Origin: Chrysemys picta bellii
Taxonomy: Eukaryota
Length of the DNA stretch: 64,000 nt
Reading direction: 5' to 3'
NCBI RefSeq assembly: GCF_011386835.1
Contig: NC_088812.1
Coordinates: forward strand, 11,656,001 to 11,720,000
The notes below the pieces were generated by a model, which saw only the letters and a program-made list of their open reading frames with translations, was not told the origin of the DNA and did not search any database. Within the stretch, counting starts at the first letter, position 1; every line of letters starts with the position of its first letter. Both the position numbers and the translations under genes were made by a program. Below are positions 1 to 11,105 of this stretch, piece after piece.

Positions 1-383
1 TGTACCGCGGCTGCGAGGGGAAGGGGGGCGCTGTCCTTGGCAGGAGGGAGCCACTCGGCTCAGAGCTCACCAGCACTGACCCAGCCTTCACAGCCGGGCC
101 GCCCCTCCCCGTGTGAGTCCCACGTGCACAGAGCGCCCAATGCTGGGGAAAGAGCGCTGCTGGGCTGGGCCTCCCCGGATGCCATGCAGGGCACCTGGGG
201 GGCAGCGACCCTCCCTCTGGCCCCAGGGACACAGCCAAGTGGGGGCCCTAGGAGCGCCGCCAGCTTTTCTGCCGCCCTAGGCGGTGGAAGGTCCCGCCCC
301 GAAATGCCGCCGCGGTCACCGCCCCCCAAATTGTAGCGCCCTGGTCGCCTAATGGGTTGCGTCGGCCCTGGGGGGCTCCACAC

Positions 384-488
384 CTCCAGCTCCCGCAGTC
401 TCTGCAGCAGTTCCTGGCTCGTTCCTGGCTCGCTGCCGCCCTCTTCTGGCTTCATGTCTCCCCGGCCCTCGGCCACAGCTTCCGACAT
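384..488 (-). CDS. NCKAP5L: NCK-associated protein 5-like, first coding exon (gene continues beyond position 1)
   Basis: Translates MSEAVAEGRGDMKPEEGGSEPGTSQELLQRLRELE, resembling the recalled human N-terminus (MSEA...EPGTCQELLHRLRELE). Acceptor ctgcag at 495-496 and phase-0 donor GTGTGG at 383. Confidence 0.85.
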
Positions 489-781
489 CGAGCCCTGCAG
501 CACAAAGCGGGAGGCCAGTGAGTGTGGGGCCAGGCACCCCCCAGCGGTGCGGCCTCTTTGGGGGAGCTGCGGGGCAGCCCCCTCACTGCTCGCTCCTTCT
601 CCCAGCACCCAGGATGGGCCCGCTTGGGGCAGCCTCCCCCAGACCCCTGCACCAGGCTCGCCTCTGGGACCAACCCCAGCCCCCAGCAGATTCCCCTGAT
701 GAGCGTCTGGCCCACGCCAGAAGGGAGTCTGGGCTGCGGGAAGGCAGGAGCCTGGGGGAGTCACTCCAGGACACAGGCAGG

Positions 782-985
782 CAAAGGAGGGTGTGTACAC
801 CAGCACGTGCAAAGGAGGGTGTGTACACACACGTGCGAAGGAGGGAGTGCACAGGTGTGCACATGCAAAGGAGGGTGTGTACACCGGCACGTGCGAAGGA
901 GGGTGTGTACACACACGTGCGAAGGAGGGAGTGCACAGGTGTGCACATGCAAAGGAGGGTGTGTACACCTGCACGTGTGAAGGAG
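782..985. repeat. Tandem repeat, 84-bp period built of about 28-bp subunits
   Basis: caaaggagggtgtgtacacc recurs at 782, 866 and 950. Confidence 0.9.
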
Positions 986-1008
986 GGGGGAGTTCTCTCT
1001 CTCCTTAC

Positions 1009-1079
1009 CTCGTTCCAGGGGTCCGAGCCCAGACCCAGCTGCACCTTCCAGCCTTCCCTGGTCACCTCTGCCCGCTCAC
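1009..1079 (-). other. NCKAP5L: Probable non-coding 5'UTR exon of NCKAP5L (71 nt)
   Basis: Acceptor cttttatccccttgcag at 1080-1081 and donor GAG|GTAAGG at 1008, about 0.5 kb upstream of the ATG exon. Confidence 0.6.
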
Positions 1080-2685
1080 CTGCAAGGGGATAAAAGCCAG
1101 CAATGAGACTGGCCCCCTAGCTCTGCCTCTCCAGAACCCCACACCGAGACGGGTGACGGGGCCAGACGGAAGAGCCTGGAACGCGGGGGGGGGGCTCCCC
1201 AAATTCCCAGGTGGTCGAGAACACCAGCCCCGGGCAGGCTGCCAGGAAGAGACTCTGACAAAGGAACGTCCTTGCAGATCCAATTGGACCTTGAAGGCCT
1301 CTGGAGCCGATGCTCTCTCCACCCCGGCGCACGCAGCAGCTCATATCCTGGGTGCTCCGGTCCCAGCGTGCTCGAGCGGACGGGTGCCGGAGCTCCAGTC
1401 GCCTCCCGCAGCTGGCTCCACCTATCGCTTCCCCACGGGAAACGTAGCTGGACAGAACCCCAGGAAACCATCACTCGGGGGAAAGCGAGGTGCTGGGGGA
1501 GACCCCACCACCGGGGGGAAGCACTCGCACCTTCACCCCAATCAAACAGCCTTTCCCCTTGGCCAGCCTGAGAACAGCCCCCTGACCCAGGGACCAAACC
1601 CACCGTCTGCATCCTCCTTCCCTGGGCCTCTCTCCAGCCCCAGGACCAGACACCACACAGAGCCTGGCGCCCAGTGCTCCTCCAAGAGCAACCAGCAGAA
1701 GGCACTTGAGTAGCATTTACCCTTCCCCCTTGCCGTCCAACCCCGTCCTCTGCACCCGACCAGGGGCATCGCCTCCCCGAGGTACCTGAAGGGTCCTTGC
1801 CCACACAGGCCTGGGAGCGAACCTTCCATGCTAGCCACAGAGGTAGGGCGATCGAGCCATGGGGGGAAAGGAGCCAGGACACCCGGGTTCCATTCCCATC
1901 ACTGCCAGACTCTCCCGTGTAAGTCGCATCACCGTGCCTCAGTTTCCCCATGCGTACAGTGCGTCTAATAACAGCTGCCTACCCCCCACTGCAGCCTCGT
2001 TCCCAGGAGGTTGTGAGGCCTGGCTCCGGGACTGGAGGAGCTCAGAGGAAAGGCACCAGAGCAGGGCCCTTCCTGCTCCACTGCCCCGCCCCACCCTCTC
2101 CTAAAGGCCCCTGGAGTTGCGCCAGTTTCACCGGCTGGCCCGTCTCGCGCACACACGGCCCATCACCGCTCCCCAGCACCAGGCGCTGCGGACAGGCCTG
2201 TGCCCAGAGCGGCACCGTCACATCTCGGCATCGGTGCCAGTCGCCCGACGGGCGCTGGGCCCCACCAGTTAGAGCGGCCCGGGGGCGAGGGCTGCCTGGG
2301 TCTGGACAGGGGAGTGGCCAGTAGCACCGATGGCTCCGGCCTCACAGCAGCATCTGGGGGTGAGAGCCAAGGAGCAGGGGCCTGGAACAGGGATTCGATC
2401 CTGCGACGAATCCCCCCACGGTGGGGCCCCCTGCGAGGCAGATGTCAGCAAAGATGTTCCCCTGGGGGGTGACATCCCCCCGCAGGTAGACACAGCCGCA
2501 ACGTCCCTTCCACCTAGACCCCCGGCCCACCCATGGCACGGCACCCTCCTCCCAGGGACCCCAGCAAACCCCCCAGAGCCAGCAGCCCCCAACCCCGTCA
2601 CCCCCACAGCCGGCCTTGGCAGGGCACATGGAAACACGAGGTTCCCCCACCCAGGGAGCTTACAACAGTGGGCACCACAAGCCAG

Positions 2686-3423
2686 ACACCCCCACACCTC
2701 ACCCCAACACTCACACCCTGGCAGCCCCACATCTCCCCCAAACCTCCCCACACACACACCAGAGCAGCCCCCCCGACACCCCATATCTCCCCCAAACCTC
2801 CCCCCAACACACACACCAGAGCAGCCCCCTGACACCCCATCTCTCCCCCAAACCTCCCCCCAACACACACCCCGGCAGCCCCCCCAACACCCCATATATC
2901 CCCCATACCTCCCCCAACACACACACCAGAGCAACCCCCCCCAGACACCCCATATCTCCCCCATACCTCCCCCCAACACACACACAAGAGCAACCCCCCC
3001 CGACACCCCATCTCTCCCCCAAACCTCCCCCCAACACACATCAGAGCAGCCCCCCGACACCCCATCTCTCCCCCAAACCTCCCCCAACCCACACACACAC
3101 AGCAGCCCCCCGACACCCCATCTCTCCCCCCAACACACACACCAGAGCAACCCCCCCGACACCCCATCTCTCCCCCCCAACACACACACCAGAGCAACCC
3201 CCCCAGACACCCCATATCTCCCCCATACCTCCCCCCAACACACACACAAGAGCAACCCCCCCCGACACCCCATCTCTCCCCCAAACCTCCCAACACACAC
3301 CAGAGCAGCCCCCCGACACCCCATCTCTCCCCCAACCCACACACACACCAGAGCAACCCCCCCCAGACACCCCATCTCTCCCCCAAACCTCCCCCAACAC
3401 ACACCCCGGCAGCCCCCCCGATC
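2686..3423. repeat. C-rich minisatellite, roughly 55-60 bp unit
   Basis: Repeated ccccatctctcccccaaacctcccccaacacacacaccagagca(a/g)cccccc units. Confidence 0.9.
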
Positions 3424-6400
3424 CCCCGACGCACCCAGGCCGGGCCGGGCTGTGGGGCGGCCCCTGGCAGCCGCTGCTCCGTGCGGGGCCCCCCAGCGCT
3501 GCGGGTCCGGCTCCCCGGCATCCTCCCCCGGCCCCGGCCCCGGCCGCTCCCGCTGCGGCGGCTCCCGGGCCGGCCCCGCTATTGTTGGGGAAGAGGCGGC
3601 GCTGCTGCTGCTCCAGCCTCGGCGGCTCCCCCGGGCCTGCGGCTCCGCCTTCCCCGCCGCCACCGGGGAGGAGCCCGGCCCCCGCCCGCCCCCAGCCTGG
3701 GGCAGGGGACCCGGCCCGGGACCCCCCCCAACCGGGACCGCCCCGCGCGAGCCTGGGGCAGGGGACCCCCCAAACCGGGACCGCCCCCCCCACGAGCCTG
3801 GGGAAGGGGACCCCCAGCCTGGGGAAGGGGACCTAGTCCGGGACCCCCCAAACTGGGACTGCCCCCCAGGAGCCTGGGGATGGGGGACCCCCCCTGAGAC
3901 TCCCAAGCCTGGGGGGAAGGGGACCCCACCAAACTAGGAACATGGGGGGGGAAGAGCCTCCCAAACTGCCCCCCCCCAGACCAACTCCCTTGGATCATGG
4001 CAGGGAGGGATCCCCCAAGGGCCCCCTCTTGGCTCATCAGTGAGAGGGGGGCCCTCACAAACTGCCCCCTAGGGCCGAGTGCTCAGATGGGGAGGCGGAG
4101 GGTGGGAGCTGCCCCCGGCCGGAGCATACACTCCAGAGCCCCCCATCTCCCCAGGGACCGTGTGGGCCCAAAGGAGGACGATATTTCCCACCAGGCCGAG
4201 TGACTGCAGGTGCCAGCGTGCGACCCCTCAGAGGGGCCTGCTGTCCTGCCAGGGCTGAGACCCCCCCTTCCGAGCCCCAGGCCCCTGCCCAGGGGCTGGG
4301 CCGAGCCAACAGAGCCCCCCCGGCCCAGCACCAGCTGAAGGGACAATGGAAACCTGCCAGGCCAGCAGCGTTGTGTGGTGCCACCGCGGGGCTGGGGGAG
4401 GAGGGAGCAGATCTCTGCACCAGACCAACACGGTTCCCCCACGGCTTCCTCAGCCAGCGGCGTGCCCTCCCTGGCTGGCCGAAGTGCCCTGGCCGTGCCC
4501 AGCGGGTAGGCCTGATGCCCAGCCCGGGTTTTACGGGACAGTCCCTTTTCAGCACGGAGAGGAAGAGCAGCCTCGTGATCACAGCCGCAGGGCAGAGCAG
4601 ATGCCACCTCAGGGCGCCAGCCTGGGGCTGGGACGCTCTCGGCTTGGCTGGCCAAGCAGCTCCAGAGACAAGACTGCAACAGAATCTGCCTCCCTGGCAT
4701 CGCGCCCTGGGTCCTGTGTGTGTGTCTGGGATTCCCGCAGCTCCGGCCTGCCCCGTAGCCGAGCGCAGGATACCGAGTCCTGGGGCTGGGGCTTTGGATT
4801 CCGTTCATCAGGCTGGTTTTGCGTTCGGACAGGTTTGCACTGCTGCACGTCCCCGGAGACGGCCCGGGGGCCCCACTCCCGCTTCTGCCTCAGGACAGGA
4901 CTTGGATGTGGGTCCGGACACGTCAGGCCACTGGTCACCCCAGTGCCCCATGCAGGACTGGTAGCATCCTGCAGTGCCACAGTGCCGGGGTGACCCAACC
5001 TACTGACCCTCCCAGCCAGCCGCGTGAGATCATCTTCAGACGTTGGAGAGCTGGGCGCACCTGCCGGGACTCGGGGCGTCAGCCCCACTCCTGCTGAAGC
5101 TCTGAGCCCCGGCAGGCACCTCCCCCCAGCTCCACCCCCCTGCCGCAGGGGAGAAACCCGGAGCTCCCCCACCGTAGTGCCTAGAGCCAGGTGGGCGCTC
5201 CACAGCCACGGGGTGAGTGACAGGCCCTGCCCCCAGGAATTTACACTCGGGCCCGTCTGCATGAAGGGAATTGGCACTGGGCCGTGAACTAGGGGCGTGC
5301 CCAGCTTGTGGTACCGGTAACCCCTGGGGCAACAGGCATCACGTGCCCCCTGTCCACAGGCGCTGCGGGTCTGTTACAGCCCTGCCTATAGGCTCCCGTT
5401 GCTGGAGATGTCCCATGTCAGCCACCACCGTGCGACTCACTCCCTGGCCAGCCAGCAGCAGATGGCAGTTTCCAGGCCTGAGCCTGAGGGAGGCCAAGGT
5501 GGGAGGGCCTGGCAGTGCTGCTCAGAGGAACGAAGGCAGGAGTCGACTCCCAAGAGACAAGAGGGCGGATGGGAAAGGTGCCGCCGAAGGGCAAGGAGAG
5601 AAGCGTTCCAGCGAGGACAGAATCTGACTCAGACACCAGATTTCAGGACGACTCGCAGTGTTAGGCTTGTCCACCAGAAACGCTTCAGCGTCTTCTCTCG
5701 TGCCAGCCCCGGCCCCGGCCCCGGCCCCGGCCTGCGCGGCTCGGACCCAGGCAGGAGCGAAAGACGCCAGCCTATTCCCTTGTCTCTTGGAACATGAAAC
5801 CCGCCCACCTGCGTGTGCCCATGCCGAGGTCACCGGGCGGCTCAGCGGGGGACAAGCAGGAGCGGCACGCTGAACTCTGGATTGAACGTTGCTTAGCAAG
5901 GAGGTTTTGGGAAAGCGAGAAGGGATCATTTCTACACCGGTAACTTCCCCCCAAAGCGCAGGAGTGAAATGGACTCCAAGGCCGAGCAAAACCGGCGCCA
6001 AGCGCCAGGCTGGGCGACATGCAGAACGCGAACAGAGCGCACAGACGGGGACAAGAAAACTGGATTTCCCCCTTCCCTGGTAACGCTCTCAGCTCAGCAG
6101 AGACGTCCCTTTAACGGAGCAGTCTCCAGGGGTCCCATGAAAACAGACGTGGTCCAGTTTGCCAGCATGTTGCACCTTGCAGTGCACTGTGAATGGCTGG
6201 GCAGGGGGCAGGAGACCAGGCCCCTCCCGTGCCGTTTACCCGCTGGAAAAGCACGTGCCCCCTCAGTTGGGTACCTGAAGGGGAGCCGAGCGCCTTTGAA
6301 ACTCTGCAGCTCCCGTGGCAGGTGCCGGGGGTGGAGGCCAGAGGCAGGCTGGGCAGGAGCAGAGCCATGAGAACGCTCTGGCTGGGGTTTATTGTAAGGT

Positions 6401-9400
6401 CTGCGTCACTGCTTTAAAATGAGGATATTTCTCCCGCCCGTGGCAGGCCGGACTCCCGCACGGGGAAGAGAAAGAGCCAGGCTCCTGGTGAACAAGGGCC
6501 TGATTCAGGGCCCCCCACAGCACCCCCAGAAAGTGCCTCCAGCGAGCGGCTGGGGTGTGCCTCTTGGCCAGCCTCGGCCACTCACACGGGACAGGGAGAG
6601 CGAGCCGCAGAAAGGGAGTCGGTGGCTCGTTGGACACAGGCGAGGTCACGGTTTGTGTGTACAGTTACAGCCCTTTCCCCCCCCTGCAGCGCGCTCGCCC
6701 CCTGAGCTCAAAGACTTCACAAACCTCCCCAAGCCCCCCAGAGGTGTGGGGAAACCGAGGCACTGAGTGGCACCGTGATGTACAGCACTGGTGCGGTTGC
6801 AGCAGGGGTGTGACCTGCACCGGGGGCCGGAGGATGTCGCACCAAGCCCCGCAGCCCCTGGCGGCCTCCCCTCCGTCCCTGTCCCGGCACCAGCGCATGG
6901 ACACGTCCGACGACAGCTGCCAGGCTAGAAGGGGTGAGAGCTCCCTCTGCCCACAGCTCCCTTGCCAACCTTTGGCTCCGTGCCCCTGGATCCTGGAAGG
7001 GGTAGGACGGTCCCTCCCTCGGGGCAAACCGCTGCAAAGGCCTCGCACCCCTGCCCGCCTCAGGGGATTCCCACCGGCTGCCAACACTTGCTTGGCCTGT
7101 GACCCACAGCTGCCTCCTCCGCCCACCAGGTGGGCCGCAGGATGGGGTGGACACCAGCCACGGGCAGGGAGGCCTGGCAAATCCACAGGGGCCGATACCA
7201 GGCTGATCTGTGCAGGCCTGAGGAGGAGGAGGCCGGCTCAGCGCCGGGCAGCGAAGCACAAGGCCGAGGCAAGGGGGAACTGCAGCCCAATAGCCGAGAT
7301 TCCCAGGGAGGCTCAGAGATCGCTCCCCCACCCATCGCCATGTAAACTCGAGCGAGTCACTTCATTTCTGTCTAGACTGGGGGTGATCATCCCAGGGTTC
7401 AGCGAGGTGAAGTGACTTGTCCCTTATTAAGGCAGCAGAACCCAGGTGTCCTGTCCTGCCCTGAGGCCCCCCTGCCTCCATCCTATGGCAATAGTCAGGC
7501 AGAATCCCAAAGTGCGGCCACACCCGGGGTGCGAGCAGAGGGGAGCCGGGTCTGTTCCGACACGTCCCATTACACAAGACGTTTTCACACCGAGGGCAGA
7601 GCGAATTTGGTCTGTCTACAGGCTCACACAGCGATGTTACATATCTCGCACATTCACACGACGGCGTCTCATGCACACTCTGGTCTTTTCGCCACCATCG
7701 CACTCACCCCCAGGCAGAGTTGTGACCCAGGACACATGCCCTGCTCCTTACGCTGGCCACCCACAACCTGCCTTGGAGCTAAGGGGAACTGCAGACACTC
7801 AGCACCCCCCGGAGATCCGGCCTGGGTACGGAAACGACATGCAGGGGTTGTATCACCCACCAGTGAAAGGCAGCCACCTCTGGGCCAGAACACTGCAGCC
7901 ATTTGCCAGTGAGCTGCGAGAGATCAGGACAGGAAGTGAAGAAGAATCATGCAGCGGATTGTGAAGCAAACGGAACTGCCCGGGGGGATCTGAGCAAGAC
8001 ACAGGAACTCCTCTTACCAGCCCAAGAGTGGGACCGTCCCCAGCGCGGAGCACCCAGGACCTCGACCGGACGCCTCCCTGGAGCGCGGAAGCTGCAGAGC
8101 GCTGGTGTCTGGCGAGGAAGCGCCCTGGGCAGGAGTGGAGGTTGCCCTGCCTGTCCCGGATATGCCGACGGCAGGACAGCTCTGGGGGAGGTTTCTCTGC
8201 TCCACTCCTCACGGCGTCTGGAAGGGGACAAGGAGTGCGGAGATCAAACTGCTGGAGGCTGCGCCAGGATGGGAGATGAACCAAAAGCAAACCCTGCCGC
8301 CCCCTTCCCCGAGCGGAGCCAGGACCAGACACAACAAGAGCAGCAAAAATAGTCCCGGAGTCGTCGCCGGGGATGTTGAGGGTTATTTATAGCTCGCTCG
8401 CTGCAGCGTGGACACACGCCCAAGCCGGGGACAGTGCAGCCAGGAGTTGGCTGTTCTGTAAAATCCCCCCCCCCCCTCGGGGCTCGATCCCAACACGGGG
8501 GGGGGCTCTCCCAATGCTGTGCCTCTCACCAGGACATGCCATCCCCGGGGGGTGGGGGGAGCACGCCGGGAAAGGCAGAGGCCTGGGCCTTCCTTCGCCC
8601 CGGGAGGGCAGGGGCTTGGGGAGCGACCCAGTGGCCAACGCTGCGGGGGCTAGCGCCGCCTCAGAGTCACTGCACCATGATGCAGATAGCACGGGCGCCT
8701 GGTGCTCCAGAGGGAGAGGGAGCCGCCCCGGGGGGGACAGGGGGGCCCCAGGCTCTGCCTGGTCTGGACCTGGTTCAGGTCTCCACAGAGCGGCTCTGAG
8801 GAGAGGGATCCAGGGACCCCTCCCGAGGGGGTTTCGTTCGGCCAGAAGGGCACTCCCCCTGCCCCGCAGCCCCCTCCTTGCTGCCCAGAAGTGCCCAGGG
8901 GACGGGGCGGTTTGCCATTAAAAACCCTTATCCGCCCCTCCCCGCTCTCTACCCTGGTGCTTTTAGCTGCCCCGTTTCCTTAGAAGCCTAGTGCTGAGAG
9001 CAGGCTGGGCCCTGGGAGCCCGGACTCCTGGGTTCCATCCCTGCCCCCGCATCCTGTGTGACCTTGGCCACGTCCTGCTCCCGCTCCGTATAACTGGTGC
9101 GATAACCCCCCCCGCCCCCGCCCGGCACAAGTCGCTCCCACACTCTGCTGGGGAGGACAGCAGCCCAGGGGGACCCAGGCTGGCAGTGCCACCGGAAGGT
9201 GCATGGCAGGGGCAGGGCCCCTGGAGTTGGACGATGCAGCTGCCCACGTCTTGAATAGAGAGATGGAGCCTGCAGAGACTCCCGTCCCCAGCATGCAGAG
9301 CGCTGAGTGACCAATACAGCGTGGGAGACTGCAGCCTGCTCAGGCCAGGCCGGAGCCGCGTATCTGGGACCTGCCAGGCACCCAGAGAGCCTGACTGAGC

Positions 9401-10017
9401 TCCCGGCCTGGGGCAGGCCCCACTCCGCTTCGGGTTACGTGGGTGTAACTCCCCAGAGCGCAGTGGGATCGCTGCTGGCACCCGGGGTGGGGGTCCCGGA
9501 GCGAGAGGGGACGGGCCTGGCTTCAGCTCCTTGATCCCTCCAGCCCCCTCCCCCTGCCCCAGGAAACGGGAGAGGAAAGCTGGTCCCGGAGGGGAAGTGA
9601 GGTGCTGTCTGGAGGGGAAGGCCCAGCCAACCCCCCCCCACCCCGAACAACCAGAGAATGGAGGGCGGGGGAGGGTCTGAGTGATCCTCCCAGATGAGCG
9701 ACACAGGCCCACCCCAGAGCCCCTCACTCCCCACGAGCGCTCGGGGGCTGCGAGGTGGGAACAGCTTCCAGCCCCAACCGCCTGCCAGGAGCGGGGCCGG
9801 TCGGACTGGGGACGCCAGGGCGGGCGAGTGCCAGCAGGGCTGGGGTGTCTCCGGGAGCCTCTCCGGCCGCTGCGGACAGGGAGAGGCCGCGGGGCGAGAG
9901 GCAGAGACCTGGGCACGCCGGGTCAGGGCTTCTCTAGGGCTATGCAACCCTGCACTGCGGCAACCCCCTAGTGCAGTCATTGTGGGGAGGGGGTCCAGGG
10001 GTTACAGCAGGGGCTGG

Positions 10018-10126
10018 GAGCCAGGACTCCTGGGTTCCATTTCTGGCTCTGTCGCTGACTCAGCAGATGACCTTGAATTCATCGAGTTGCCCTGTTGAGC
10101 CTCAGCTTCCCCGTCTGTGTAATGGG
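10018..10126 (+). mobile_element. MIR-like CORE-SINE fragment
   Basis: ggactcctgggttcc...tgaccttg...gcctcagcttccccgtctgtgtaatggg core motif. Confidence 0.6.
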
Positions 10127-10613
10127 CTCAGCACCGGAGCTGTGCAGCTGTTTCCAAAGCGCCCCCTTTCCCTGGCCTCGCTCGCTAGGACGATCCCCAA
10201 GGCCAGAAGGGAGCACTGGGACCGACCACAGGCCAGACCTGCCCCACACCAATTCCTAGAGCAGATCCTGGAGAAAAACCTCCAACATGGATTTAAAAAT
10301 TGCCCGTGCGGGAGAATCTGCCGCGACCCCTGGTGAATCGTCCCAGGGTTTAATTACCCCCAATGTCAGACATTTCATCTTCTTTCCAGGGTCTCGCTTC
10401 AGCTTCCAGCCACTGGGGCGGGTTCGACCTTCCTCTGCTAGACTTTAGAGCCCCAATGACATATCTGCGCCCCAGTCACCCCTGTGAAGCGGGATCCATT
10501 GATCTAGCGCTGCCCGGCCCGTTTCTAATCCCCTCACCGATGTCTCAACGTCCGTCTAGAACGGTGCCCCCCAGCACTGGGCGCACACTTCCAGCAATAT
10601 TCCTAAAGGGGGC

Positions 10614-11105
10614 TGTTACGGAGTGTGGGGGAGTCAGGGCCCTGCACCCCTCTTCCTGGGATTCACCGGGACCCTCAGCCAGCCAGTAAAATGAAAGGTT
10701 TATTGGACAGTAGGAACGCAGTCTAAAACAGGACCCCTCAGTCAAGTCCTTCTGGGGAGCAAGGAGTTTACACCCCAGCCTCGGGGTTCCCTGCGTTCCA
10801 CCACCAAGCACCAAACTGAAACCCCCGTCCAGCCCCTCCTTTCTGGCTTTTGTCTCTTTCCTGGGCCAGGAGGTCACCTGATCTCTTTGTCTCCAACACC
10901 TTCAGTTGCACCTTTGCAGAGGAGGGGCCCAGGCCATCAGTTGCCAGGAGACAGAGTGTCGGGCATTTAGGTGCACTGGCCCTTTGCTCTGCAGCAACCA
11001 TACACCCTTATCCCACCACCTAGATACTTAAGAACTGCATAGGGGAAACTGAGGCACCCACACAGTATTCAGAGAAAACATTAAGAACATTCCCAGTTCG
11101 TCATA
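10614..11105 (-). mobile_element. Solo LTR with 5-bp target-site duplication GGGGC
   Basis: Ends TGTTACG...TTCGTCATA; GGGGC flanks both sides; internal AATAAACC on the minus strand; related to the LTRs at 32764 and 62701. Confidence 0.8.

Noticed and set aside
2269-3937. Long ORFs of 545, 535 and 406 aa
   Set aside because: They arise from the stop-poor minisatellite and CpG island; the translations are repetitive and open in several frames on both strands.
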